A DNA stretch of 64,000 nt from Candidatus Bathyarchaeota archaeon (GCA_963807605.1 CAWECG010000003.1:32001-96000); one strand, 5' to 3'; positions 10,418 to 21,286 are shown, counted from the stretch's first letter. Notes: a model not told the origin generated them from the sequence alone. Program-made: numbers and translations.

Positions 10418-11026
10418 ATGGCAAACCCAACAGACGGAAAATTGAACTTGCTGACTGATAAGAACAGCGTTTTGATATTAGTTGACTATCAACCTTCGAT
10501 GTTCAAGAGCGTTAGTTCGGGGGACAAAACAATAATTAAGAAGGCGACAATTTGTGCAGCAAAAGCCGCAAGCATCCTAGGAGTTCCTGTCGTTTTGTCG
10601 TCAATTAATCCTAAATCTCTAGGGGAGTTTATTCCAGAAATCACTAAATTGTTTCCAGAGCAGGAAGTATTTGCACGAAAGATACCGAGTTTTGATGCTT
10701 TTGAAGATGAGAGAACCTGGAGTGCTGTCAAGAAATCAGGGAGAAAGAAATTAGTTATTTCAGGATTGTGGACAAGTATGTGCTTTGCGTACACCGCTCT
10801 TCATGCTTTGAAAGAAGGGTACGAAGTTTATGGATTAATTGATGCTGCTGGTGATTCTACACTTGATGCGCATAGATACGGCGTCGAGAGAATGTTACAG
10901 GCTGGAGTAATTCCAATTACTGTAGAGTCATTGGTGTCGGAATGGATGCACGACTGGGGAAATCCAAAAGCAGGCGAGCTTGTTAAAGAAGTTTATTCGA
11001 AGTATGGCGCAATGATTGGACTGTAA
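10418..11026 (+). CDS. Isochorismatase-family hydrolase (YcaC-like)
   Basis: LVDYQP, GLWTSMC, EGYEVY..DA.G. Confidence 0.88.
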   Translation: MANPTDGKLNLLTDKNSVLILVDYQPSMFKSVSSGDKTIIKKATICAAKAASILGVPVVLSSINPKSLGEFIPEITKLFPEQEVFARKIPSFDAFEDERTWSAVKKSGRKKLVISGLWTSMCFAYTALHALKEGYEVYGLIDAAGDSTLDAHRYGVERMLQAGVIPITVESLVSEWMHDWGNPKAGELVKEVYSKYGAMIGL

Positions 11027-11106
11027 CTCCAGTTGAAATGAATTGTTGCTAAACCTACTCCCTATTTTTTTACCTAGTAATTGATCAAAAACATCTTCTC
11101 TAATGT

Positions 11107-11307
11107 TGTGTGTGCGCACGATCTCTTGGTGCGAGCATCCAAATTTGGACTAGTATGTGTGTGTGCCATAGTTGGTGAGGAGCATCTGAAATTGAACTGT
11201 TAGAGCAGGATTTTTGTGTGTGTGCTCACCAAGGGATGCACACACACACAAAATCAATACCAAGCGGTTCAATTCTAGATGCTCTCACCAGCTAAGGCAC
11301 ACACACA
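11107..11307. repeat. Compact mini-array: four cores (11120, 11166, 11225, 11284) with 32/45/45-bp inserts
   Basis: Read directly. Each insert has a (CA)n end and an AGCATC..AATT(T)G(A/G)AC end. Confidence 0.85.
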
Positions 11308-11747
11308 AATCATAATCTAATGGCTCGCTACCCTCGCCAAAGCATCAAGAGCTTGATAACCTCCGGCTTCAGCAGTTTTATTTCGATACGAGTTGGCGCG
11401 AATCAGTCGCAGAAAGTTCCTGGCTTCAGGAGCCGTATGTGCGGCAGCTTTCGGTTCAGGTTACACATGGAGGGACAAGCTGTCCTCGCTGACAGAGATG
11501 TTTCATGACCATACTGATAATGTGGATGAATCACCGTAATCTATTCAATTACATCAGGCGAATTGACAGGAGGTTCATACTCTTCAATGGCCTCTTGCTT
11601 TTGTTCGTCACTGTGATTCCATTTCCACATCCCTCGTGGCAGAGCATATACTGAGCAATGATGCCAATATTCTTCACCCTAACGATCAAAGAATCATAAG
11701 AACAGCGGTAACTTCTTGCGTATTCTTCAGTAATACATCAAAGGGTA

Positions 11748-12356
11748 CTAGTCATCATCCAGAGTATGCTTGTGTCTATGATGAGTATCTGACCAATGAA
11801 CATGACTGTGAGTCACTTCAAGGTGCGTATGGTCGTGAATGTTCGACTCAGAAACTGTTTCAGAATGTTTGTGTAGATGATGCATTTCACCATGATCGTG
11901 CAGATGAATATGGGTCATCGTGTCATGATAATGAAGATGTAAATGCTCTTCACTCACTATCAACCAAACTCCAATTATCATAAATCCTGTCGCTGGAAAC
12001 ATCACCCATCCTATCCATTCCCTGAGTATGAATAGAGAGGTCACAGCGGCGATGAATGGTGCGAGACTAAAGAATGCTCCAGTCCTGGATGAGCCTAATC
12101 CTTCAAGAGCTTTGATGAAGAATACCAAACTCGCACCATAACTAAAAGCGCCCACCAGAAGGGCAAACACAATCGTGGCATCCAGCGGTATCCTCGTTCC
12201 AAGCATTAAAGCAAATGAAAGAGACACGGCTCCAGCGATTCGGCCTTTGATTTCAGCGAGCTGTACCGGATCTTTGTCGGATAGGTTGCGAGTCAAATTA
12301 TTGTCTACACCCCAACATACCATTGCAAAGACAAGCAATAATGGACCTAGTGGCAT
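11748..12356 (-). pseudogene. EamA/DMT transporter with His-rich C-terminus, 5'-truncated
   Basis: CWGVDNNLTR, GAFFSLAPF and HxHxH tail; only the second EamA repeat is present. Confidence 0.75.
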
Positions 12357-12643
12357 GAACCTGCCTTGGCAAGGATCCCGCGTCTTCAGTTTGGAATTAG
12401 GTGCGTTATCCGTAATCTACCTGAAGTCTTACGTAATTTGGTTTTACGAATTCCAGTTTTCAAAACGAAGAGAGATGTACTTGAGTTTCCTTTGGTCGGA
12501 TTCTGCCTTGGGAAAGAATCCTAATTATCAATTTCACGCTTCAATAAACCAATATGAACCGATGAAACTTCAGAGATCTCTTGAAGAGGCCAGATACCCC
12601 CCTTCTGATAAGCTAATTAAGATCACTACAAAAATGATGATAT

Positions 12644-13540
12644 ATGAAGCTCACAGAGGATATTAATGCACTAAAGAAAAAGAAGAACGCAATTATCCTC
12701 GTGCACAATTATCAGGCACCTGAGATATATGAAATCGCAGATTTCATAGGTGATTCCTTAGAACTCAGTAGAAAAAGTACTGGTACAGATGCAGATTACA
12801 TCATATTCTGTGGAGTAGACTTCATGGCGGAGACCGCCTCCATACTAAACCCGACCAAGACTATTTTGCTCCCTGTTCTGCAAGCACAGTGCCCTATGGC
12901 GGCAATGGCTGATGCTGAAGGAGTCAGGATGCTGAAAAAACAGTATCCCGATGCAGCCGTAGTAAGCTATGTAAACACATCAGCAGAGGTTAAAGCTGAA
13001 TCCGACATCTGTTGCACCAGCGCAAACGCTGTTCAAGTCGTGAACTCACTGAGCCAAGAGAAAGTGATCTTCGTCCCTGATGAAAACCTTGCACTATACG
13101 TTGCAGAGCATACCAAGAAACGCATAATTTCTTGGAAAGGCTGGTGCTATGTTCACACAAAATTCTCGGTAGAAGGGTTAAAGGGAGCCCGAAGACTGCG
13201 TCCGAATGCTGAAGTTATTGTGCATCCTGAATGCAGAACTGAGATCATCGATCTCGCCGACTATGTCTGCAGCACAAGCCAGATGATGAGACGGGTAGGA
13301 GAAAGCAATAAGGATGAATTCATAATTGGAACAGAGGTGGGGATGATAGAACGGTTGAAAATGGAATACCCGACCAAAACCTTCTACGCCGTGCCGCCTG
13401 GAGCTACTTGCATTCAAATGAAGAAGAACAGACTTGAATCAGTTCTAGAAGCATTAGAAAAAGAACAATATGTGATAAATGTCCCTGAGGAAGTGAGATT
13501 GAAAGCTAAGAAAGCCTTGGATATGATGCTAGCACTTTGA
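12644..13540 (+). CDS. nadA: Quinolinate synthase
   Basis: HNYQ, GDSLEL, FCGVDFMAE, CPMA, YVNTSA, HPEC. Confidence 0.95.
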   Translation: MKLTEDINALKKKKNAIILVHNYQAPEIYEIADFIGDSLELSRKSTGTDADYIIFCGVDFMAETASILNPTKTILLPVLQAQCPMAAMADAEGVRMLKKQYPDAAVVSYVNTSAEVKAESDICCTSANAVQVVNSLSQEKVIFVPDENLALYVAEHTKKRIISWKGWCYVHTKFSVEGLKGARRLRPNAEVIVHPECRTEIIDLADYVCSTSQMMRRVGESNKDEFIIGTEVGMIERLKMEYPTKTFYAVPPGATCIQMKKNRLESVLEALEKEQYVINVPEEVRLKAKKALDMMLAL

Positions 13541-15021
13541 AGACGGACATCCTGATAATCGGCAGTGGAATAGCAGGCCTTTGCTTTGCATTCAAGGCAA
13601 TGGATTATGGCAAGATAATAGTCCTCACGAAGAAGAGCGCTGCAGAGTCTAATACCAACTATGCTCAAGGAGGAATCGCTGCAGCCATAGGCGAGGATGA
13701 CTCCCCCCAGCTTCACTTCCAAGACACAGTAAGAACTGGTTGTGGCCTGTGCGATGAGAATGCTGTGAAGACTCTGGTAGAGAACGGACCCGATGTTGTA
13801 AGAGAGCTCGTATCACTCGGAGTCAAAATTGACCAGGATGATAAAGGCGGACTTTCGCTAAGTAGGGAAGCAGGTCATAGCAGGAACAGGATTGTCCATG
13901 TTGGGGATAGAACAGGAAGAGCAATTGAAAGGGCATTAGTAGCTAAGGTCAGAAGAGGAAAATCGATAGAGATCTATGAAGACTGTCTCACCATTGACTT
14001 GATCGTTGACAACAGACGGTGCTATGGCGCTAAAGTGTTAGATGTTATGACTCGAAAGATTTTCAATATCTATTCTAAGGTTACAGTTCTGGCGACTGGT
14101 GGAATAGGACAGGTATACCAGAGGACATCGAATCCGAAGGTTGCGACGGGGGACGGGATCGCTATGGCCTATAGGGCAGGAGCAACTATCAAAGATATGG
14201 AGTTCATACAGTTTCACCCAACCACCTTCCACAAAGATTGTAAAGTGGCCTTTCTAATTTCCGAGACTCTCCGTGGCGAGGGAGCCATTTTAAGAAACGA
14301 GTCTGGACAGGCGTTTATGGCATCATATGATGAGAGGGGGGATTTGACACCCCGTGACATCGTTTCCAGAGCTGTATTCAACGAAATGAAGAAAGGCTCT
14401 GTATACGTTGACATCAGGCATAGGGGAGAGAAATTCATCAAAGAACGTTTCCCCTATCTCTATCGCAGATGCCTACATTACGGCGTGAATATCACCAAAG
14501 ACCTCATACCAGTGACTCCAGCAGCCCACTACCTTTGCGGAGGCATCAAGACAAACATCTATGGCGAAACAGATGTTGAAAGGTTACTCGCCTTCGGCGA
14601 GTGTGCTTGTACATGTGTGCATGGAGCGAATCGTTTAGCTAGCAACTCTTTACTGGAATCAATTGTCTTCAGCTTCATGGCCGCGAAGAGAATCAAGAAT
14701 TATCTTGACACTAGTGTGCATGAAGTTGAGGCTAAACCTTCTAGAATTAGGATCATCAGAGGATCTCGAAAGACTCAGAAGATTAAGAGAGAGTTGCAGA
14801 AGTTGATGTGGACCCATGTTGGCATAGTGAGAGAGGAGAGAGGGCTTGAATATGCCTTAAAGAACCTTGGTGAACTTGAGGCCGAGACTTACAAGATTGC
14901 CGAAGAGGGATTGAGCCCAGACCTGATAGAATTAAAGAACATGATAACAGTTTCCAGACTAATCACCCAAGCAGCATTGGATAGGCGGGAGAGTGTAGGC
15001 ACCCACTATATTCTCCGGTAA
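13537..15021 (+). CDS. nadB: L-aspartate oxidase
   Basis: GSGIAG, YAQGGIA, QFHPT, PAAHY.CGG, HGANRLASNSLLE. Confidence 0.95.
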   Translation: MKTDILIIGSGIAGLCFAFKAMDYGKIIVLTKKSAAESNTNYAQGGIAAAIGEDDSPQLHFQDTVRTGCGLCDENAVKTLVENGPDVVRELVSLGVKIDQDDKGGLSLSREAGHSRNRIVHVGDRTGRAIERALVAKVRRGKSIEIYEDCLTIDLIVDNRRCYGAKVLDVMTRKIFNIYSKVTVLATGGIGQVYQRTSNPKVATGDGIAMAYRAGATIKDMEFIQFHPTTFHKDCKVAFLISETLRGEGAILRNESGQAFMASYDERGDLTPRDIVSRAVFNEMKKGSVYVDIRHRGEKFIKERFPYLYRRCLHYGVNITKDLIPVTPAAHYLCGGIKTNIYGETDVERLLAFGECACTCVHGANRLASNSLLESIVFSFMAAKRIKNYLDTSVHEVEAKPSRIRIIRGSRKTQKIKRELQKLMWTHVGIVREERGLEYALKNLGELEAETYKIAEEGLSPDLIELKNMITVSRLITQAALDRRESVGTHYILR

Positions 15022-15101
15022 TCTTTTTTCGAGTATACCAAGACAATCACTACTGCAAGGGATTTCATAAGATATTGTAAACAACTCATTGGGAGTTATA
15101 G

Positions 15102-15938
15102 ATGAGAGCAAATGAAATAATTGAAATGGCTCTGAATGAAGATCGTTGCGATGAAGATATTACTACTAACGCTCTAATCCCTGAAGGTTCTAAGACGAAA
15201 GGAGCTATTTATGCAGAAGAAAGCGGTGTAATTGCAGGTTTAGAGGCAGCACGAGACGTCTTCCGCTATGATGACTCAGACGTGACCTTCACGCCTCTGG
15301 TAAGAGACGGTGACTATGTTCGCTCTGGTCAAAGACTTGCTGAAGTTGAAGGTGATGCTAGAGTAATTTTGTCACGCGAAAGAGTTGCGCTAAACTTTCT
15401 CCAGCATCTCTCTGGCATAGCTACTGCTACAAACAGATATGTGAAGAAAGCTGGGAAAACCATAATCTTAGACACTAGAAAAACAACCCCAGGGTTGCGT
15501 GAATTGGAGAAGTATGCGGTGAGAATAGGGGGCGGATATAACCATCGATTGAGTCTAGCTGAGATGGGTATGATCAAGGATAACCATATTGCATTTATTG
15601 GAAGTATCAAAAAAGCGGTGAAGCTTGTCAGAGGGTACTCACACAAGAAGATTGTGGTAGAAACTAAAACGATTAATGAAGTACTGGAGGCAGTAGAAGC
15701 CAAACCTGACAGGATAATGTTAGATAATATGTCCCTTAAAGAAATGAAAAAGGCCATAGAGATCATACGCTCAGCCAATACCAGGATAGAGATAGAGGTC
15801 TCCGGAGGCGTTACATTAGAGAATATTGCGGAGATCGCAAAGCTCGAACCCGACTATGCCTCCTGTGGAGCGTTGACCCATTCAGTTAAGGCATTAGAAA
15901 TGAGTTTAGAGCTAGACCAAACTATTGCCAACCGTTAA
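15102..15938 (+). CDS. nadC: Quinolinate phosphoribosyltransferase
   Basis: ERVALN, DTRKTTPG, KDNH, MLDN. Confidence 0.95.
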   Translation: MRANEIIEMALNEDRCDEDITTNALIPEGSKTKGAIYAEESGVIAGLEAARDVFRYDDSDVTFTPLVRDGDYVRSGQRLAEVEGDARVILSRERVALNFLQHLSGIATATNRYVKKAGKTIILDTRKTTPGLRELEKYAVRIGGGYNHRLSLAEMGMIKDNHIAFIGSIKKAVKLVRGYSHKKIVVETKTINEVLEAVEAKPDRIMLDNMSLKEMKKAIEIIRSANTRIEIEVSGGVTLENIAEIAKLEPDYASCGALTHSVKALEMSLELDQTIANR

Positions 15939-16446
15939 AACATTCTGACGAACCTAAATTCTGTCTTCAGAAGAATCACAATGATACGTAGGTTGTGACC
16001 CCTGAGCCGCCCACCAGAACTGATTGGACGGGAGTTACATCTCTCCATAGCGCGATGGTATGGGAAGTGTTTTTGCAGAGGAGGCGCTCATGCTATCCTA
16101 TTGGCGCCTGCGTTTATGGGTTGGATCTGAATGACTCAATTCATGCAACAATCTTGAGGTAGTTGATAGAAAGAAGATTATTGACGAATGGATAATTATG
16201 TTATTGTCAGGCCTAGACCAGCGATCCTTCTTATGCAAAAGCGTTCCGGCCATACTAAAGAGGTGACTAAATTGAAAAAACCGACTCCAATTCGAATGAG
16301 AAAAATCCTGACAATGACCTCTCTCAGGACCAACTTAGACTTCTTGATCAAGCAATCGATGATCAAAACGACAAATGCACTTCTCGATCGTCAATCATTC
16401 GGAGTCTAATTGATGAGTACCTTCCAAAGCCCAGGAGCAAATAAAA

Positions 16447-16678
16447 TTGAGTATCTCAACTCCGGAGCTATCTAAAACCCAGATAGGGATCATCGGCGAA
16501 TACTCTCTGGACCAAGCAATCAAAGAACTGTTCGAGCAATATCCAGGACTCGAATATCAAAGCCACTTAGACGGATCCCTGCAGGATAAAAGAATCGACG
16601 GACTAGTCCTTTTAGACAACAAATCCGTTGAACTTGAAATTGCAAATTGCTCTACTCACTACGCGATCTTTCTTCCAT
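16447..16678 (+). pseudogene. Truncated hypothetical (possibly PD-(D/E)xK-like) gene
   Basis: RIDGLV..ELEI; the frame runs into transposase sequence at GCGCG (16679). Confidence 0.35.
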
Positions 16679-17070
16679 GCGCGGCCCCCAGTACTCCAGC
16701 GAAGCCTTCAGGAACGAGGCAAGACGCCTAGGCGTAGAACCAGTTCATACCATACCCTAGAAACCAGATGAAGGGCAAACAGGTTCTACGAATCGACCGG
16801 AAGTTCCGCTCACACGGACCTGCCCGTCTGGAGCAAATGATCCGACACAGAACTGCAGTAGAGAGTCACATCTCGACTCAAAGAACACTATGGACTACGA
16901 CAGCTTCGAACACGCGGCCTAAGAAACGTCTACACACACGTAATCCTATGCTTGAATGCTATGCTGGCCACCGCTCTATCTGCGATCAAACATGGAAGCA
17001 TCCATAAGATGCGGTCACCAATCCAGTTCACAAAATTGACAGGTAAGACATAATATTGCAAGAGGCTAGC
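16679..17070 (+). mobile_element. DDE transposase C-terminal remnant (IS5/IS4-like)
   Basis: QYSSEAFR..LGVEPV-IPYP..RTAVE across frameshifts; bounded by short GCGCG runs. Confidence 0.55.
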
Positions 17071-17154
17071 GCGTTCTATCAGTAGACTTTTTCTACGACA
17101 GCTGATAAAATGCAGAGACCTGCACCCAGGATGATAATTCTGAACAGAAAATTC

Positions 17155-17598
17155 TCAACTGCCAACAGCAATCCGACCCAAGCAAGAAAGAAACCAGCCC
17201 ACCCAATTACATGAAATATCCACTTTCCCAACTGTATGATTACCCCACCACTTTTCTATCGGTGCAAGTTTGACTCCCAGGTCTTCCCTTAAGGCTCTGA
17301 TCAATCTCTCCCTCCGCGCCTTATCCTTTATGATCTGATCAATAACAGCATCCACATCCTTCGAGGATGCAGAGTTAAGAATCATCCCGCAGCTGCTGCA
17401 GTAGACCGCTACAGGCGCATTCTCAGTCTGGCAGCCTGGACACATCTGAATCATGACTATAGGCCTAAGAACCTCCTCCTCCTTCCTCTTGAGGCCGTGA
17501 AGAACCAAGTCCTTATCATCAACATTCTGCATCGTCAAGTGGGTGTAGACCCTGACGATATCCGGTCTACGCCAGCCGAATAACTTCATCAATTCTCG
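17155..17598 (-). pseudogene. Tyrosine integrase C-terminal fragment with zinc ribbon
   Basis: ELMKLFGW...VYTHL (catalytic W/Y region) and CPGC..YCSSCG. Confidence 0.75.
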
Positions 17599-17709
17599 AC
17601 ATATGTGATGCCACTGCGTACTCGAGATTGATTATAGACGAAGCGCCTGAGGCATTAGAAGCTTTGCATTTTACGAAAGCTGGGAGAGCGTTAGTGTGCG
17701 CTAGGGCAG

Positions 17710-17831
17710 ATTTCCACGTGGCAATTTACACGTCGATTTTCAGACTTCCACGATCCAGCCATAACACCGTTATTACCTATATCCCCCTCACCAAGGGATA
17801 CGACGACGATATCCCTTGGTGAGCACACACA
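17710..17831. mobile_element. Casposon-like terminus A3 + inverted core pair (17787-17800 / 17810-17823) around CGACGACGA, then (CA)4
   Basis: Read directly; the two cores form a perfect 14-bp inverted repeat. Confidence 0.8.
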
Positions 17832-18033
17832 ATATTTAATCCTTTTAGGGGAAGAATCCCCTAAAACCCTCTTGCTTGAAGTATTGGTGTATCACCAAGG
17901 ATGATTCACTTGGACTGGCGGCGCACACTAGATGGGATAAAGTCTTGGCGAGGTAACTTTAAGATTCTAGTCTCCGCTTCAATAAGTGTATTACTCTAGC
18001 GATTGCCTCAGCTTTTGTTGGAAGTGAGATTGA

Positions 18034-18363
18034 ATGGAGAAAGAAAACATGAATGGAATACTCAGGCTTAAAGAGGAAATTGATCAAACCTCAGATGAGC
18101 TTAGAAGAGAAGCAAGCCGCATAAAGGGAGACGTAATTGCTGTAAGAAATGATCCTAAGGTACAGAAGATTTGGAATAAGCTATGTCGGCTTCACATGAA
18201 AGCAATGGTAATTTGTGAATTTGATTCTAAGAATGTAAGTGGGCTGGAGAAAGTCTGTGAGGGAATTTTGCATCCCACTGCATGCATAGAAACGCTTCAT
18301 CTATCAGAAGAAGAAACTTGCTGCGGAAGATTCTTGAAAAGAATTGAAGCAGAAAAAGGGTAG
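18034..18363 (+). CDS. Hypothetical protein
   Basis: 109-aa ORF between array sites. Confidence 0.55.
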   Translation: MEKENMNGILRLKEEIDQTSDELRREASRIKGDVIAVRNDPKVQKIWNKLCRLHMKAMVICEFDSKNVSGLEKVCEGILHPTACIETLHLSEEETCCGRFLKRIEAEKG

Positions 18364-18490
18364 CTGAATGCCCTGAGCCAAGGGATTCCTAGCGAAAGGA
18401 CATTTTCAGTCAATTTTCTTGCGCTGGAGCGGTTGTTAGAGGGCTCCTCTCCTAATAAATAGGAGCAGGGGGGCGTAGGAGACTCTTCTT

Positions 18491-18526
18491 GTGTGTGTCC
18501 CTTGGTGAGAGCACTCTAATTTGAAC
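18491..18526 (-). repeat. Array site: GTGTG - TGTCCCTTGGTGAG - AGCACTCTAATTTGAAC
   Basis: Read directly. Confidence 0.85.
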
Positions 18527-18794
18527 CCATGAAGGTCTCCACCACAGGAAGTGAGTCCCATGCCAGAAATGATGTGTTAAACCTCAAGCTTCCCTCACTT
18601 ATTCAGTCACTGTCTCACATGGTTCTCGCTATTATAAGCAGTGGTGGCGAAATCTGAAGTCGACATGGACGGATGCTACGCTTGGATTTGTTAAATCCCG
18701 AAAATGTTACAAAGACAAGAATCCCTACTGTAACGTTACAGCACCCAAGCATGCAAAGAACTGATACAAAAGACACTAACCCACTAGAATTGAA

Positions 18795-18830
18795 GGCAAG
18801 ACCCCGCAGGCTTCAGCCTGCGGTAATTCA
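18795..18830 (+). mobile_element. IS200/IS605-type end hairpin remnant
   Basis: CCGCAGGC-TTCA-GCCTGCGG hairpin followed by TAATTCA. Confidence 0.5.
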
Positions 18831-19056
18831 GGTTGCGGCTTTGAGTCCATGATAATTCAACTAGAATTGCATTTCACTTGATCAGATTTTTCAGCAGCTC
18901 GAGGGTTGCTCGGACCTACTCAGTCTCCCCCGAAAAGAAACTGAAGGCTCTGAACTTAACTCTTTCCAGTTTCCAGGTCAGGTTTAACTTGGGCGTAATT
19001 GTGCTGGACAAACACAACTTGATTTCTTTGGCGGTCAACGGAATCTTTGAAGGACC

Positions 19057-19431
19057 CTATACTAGCCTGTTATATTGTTCTCTCCATCTAACAAATTCAG
19101 GATCATATAGCTCTTCATAACATTTTTTCATCTGCATGAGTTCATCGTTACTGGGTTCACCATTGAACAAAAGGAAAACCCACCGATTTCCAGAAAAATC
19201 CTCATAAACTACCTCCACCTTCGGACAATATTCTCTTGCTTTCAACTCCATCTCCTCCATCACCCTTTTCGCAGCCTCAAGTTCCTTGCTCTCACAATAG
19301 CCACTTCCCAAAGTAAACGAGGTAACATTTTCAGAGACAACCTCGCCTTTGCCATCTACATACAAATTCTTGTAATGATAGCCATCAATTACTATTTCTT
19401 TCTTAGGGTATTTACACCTGTATTCGCGCAT
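19057..19431 (-). CDS. Hypothetical protein (possibly 5'-disrupted)
   Basis: 124-aa ORF. Confidence 0.45.
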   Translation of the reverse strand: MREYRCKYPKKEIVIDGYHYKNLYVDGKGEVVSENVTSFTLGSGYCESKELEAAKRVMEEMELKAREYCPKVEVVYEDFSGNRWVFLLFNGEPSNDELMQMKKCYEELYDPEFVRWREQYNRLV

Positions 19432-19815
19432 CCAGCAGTATCTCCTAGCCTTTGATTGTTGAAGAGTTTAGGTAGATATGTCGCATAGGTTTTGAAACAA
19501 GCTTTCTACTAGCTCAAGAAGGTTGTACTTTGCACTTTCGCGCTTAGAAATCCTGATCATGAGTACTTCTTCCCGAAATAGGTTTCCCTGATCGTCAAAT
19601 TTTTCCAGTTTACTTTAGTCGGAGTGCGCTAGCGATGTTGATGGTTAAAGATGTGATACATGTCTTCTTATGGCCTAAAAAAATCAGCATTTAAACAATC
19701 CGGGACAACACGACTGCACTGGGTCCCAGCTCCTCGCGGGGGGCCGGTTTTGATAACGTATGTAACGCTGTTTTCGATCTCTGCGACGCGCCCTAGAATC
19801 ACTTCATTCTAGAAA

Positions 19816-19970
19816 TGTCCATGTGGATGTCCACGTCGGAAAACCAGCATCCACGTGACCACACCAAACAGCCAGTTATCTATATCCCCCTCACCAGCTA
19901 ATGCACACACACAAAAATTAACCTGCTCTAACGGTGCAAATTACGATGCTCACCAACTGGAGCACAGACA
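19816..19970 (+). mobile_element. Casposon-like terminus A4 + two direct cores (19890-19903, 19949-19962) with a 45-bp insert
   Basis: CCACGT iterons and TATATCCCC; the insert is homologous to 11180-11224 (reverse complement). Confidence 0.75.
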
Positions 19971-20069
19971 AGTTGTCTCGCTCCTGCGCCTCTAAAAACT
20001 CAATCTGGCTTGAAATGATCAGATGATTTTAAGCAACGTAGGAGGATCTTTTTGTATTCAACCTCATAG

Positions 20070-20507
20070 GTGGAGTTTATGGTAGGACTGATGGAGGAAA
20101 GGTTTGGAGTCTCTCATTTCTACTTTTCAGGTGTTCCTTTTCCCTTTGAAAGGTATGAGTTCGATTCCAAAATATGTCTCAGGAAAGGGGACAAGGAAAT
20201 GTGCATAGCATGCATCGCTGTCGAAGGAAAAGACCCCTCAGACTTTGAGAAAGCGCAACAAACGATACTAGAAATTGCAACTATATACGCCCTGATGACC
20301 AATTTCAGCTTTCATATCGAAAATCGTGGCGGTTCTTCCATAGCCTCTTTGGGAGAACTCGGAAGTCCTAAACACCCTCACATAAAGGCTAGTCTAAAGG
20401 TTTTGTATCCACAGGAAAAGTTTAGAGAATACTCTGCCAAACTCTCTGCAAATTGGGAAAGAACAAAAGACGTCTGGAAGATAGCACAAAACAGGTATTT
20501 CGGGTGA
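20070..20507 (+). pseudogene. Hypothetical protein, probably 3'-truncated
   Basis: The ORF runs into a patchwork of fragments. Confidence 0.4.
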
Positions 20508-20782
20508 AAATAATCCTGCATTCGGCTGTGCACCAAGAAAATAGAGTTCACCAAATTTCACGCTGTAGTCATGGGGCGTTCTAGAAACTGTTATTTTCTT
20601 AAAAGGTTCTATTGCTGTTTCCTTGATGTCAGTGTATGTACCCAGTAGGGCCTCAAGGAACTGATGCAGCTCTGAATCGCTCAGAACGGACAGGATAGAA
20701 CCTACGTGAGAGCATATTGCCTTTATGATACCTGTTTTCCTGCTCTGGGCAGGGAGCTTTGCTTGCTCTGTCAGTTGCTCCT

Positions 20783-20893
20783 CATGACGTGCAAGATGTC
20801 CTTCGTTCTAGGATATTCTATGGTGGCTTTGAAGTGTCTTAGACTCTTGAAGCTGATCTTTTGTATTCTAGGGTTTTGCATCTTCTCTGCTAT
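20783..20893 (-). pseudogene. Tyrosine integrase internal fragment
   Basis: IAEKMQNPRIQKISFKSLRHFKATIEY..TKDILHVM (LRH motif). Confidence 0.7.
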
Positions 20894-21050
20894 CTTCTCT
20901 GACCAAGTCCGGAACAGGTTTGTCAAAATCGATTTGTTTTGTTTTTCCGAGAATGAAAATCGCCAGTTCCTGAGTTTTCAACATTATCATGCTATCCCAC
21001 CGATAGTATTTGTTTCGGTGTAATACAGGAGAATTGAAGGAAAACCTCAG
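20883..21050 (-). pseudogene. cas1: Casposase (Cas1-solo) C-terminal fragment
   Basis: LRFSFNSPVLHRNKYYRWDSMIMLKTQELAIFILGKTKQIDFDKPVPDLVREDS resembles the casposase pattern W..(I/V)..K..ELA.(Y/F)(I/L).GK...(L/I)DF..P...R.D (from memory). Not in the ORF track. Confidence 0.7.
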
Positions 21051-21286
21051 CTAATCCATATCGCCAGTGACAAACCCTTTATTCTGGAAACCACGAACTA
21101 GGCTAGAGAAACACCACAAGACTGCATAGAGTCGGGAATGAAAAGGGAAATGGAAATGTAGGCGGCCGCACCACTCTAGCAATGAATAGATACAATTAAC
21201 GCGCGCGTACATGTATGAAGGGGAGCAGGGTCATGTATCCATTGCACAAAGCCGCGGGCGTCTCGATAGCTAAGGCGGATCTGCCA

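Noticed and set aside
11107-11307. Canonical CRISPR array
   Set aside because: The repeats are only 14 bp and in mixed orientation, the inserts are related to each other, and there is no cas operon. Reported as a non-canonical array instead.
11428-11466. Group II intron domain V (GAGCCGTATG..)
   Set aside because: The 3' arm does not pair as domain V should, and there is no RT/maturase.
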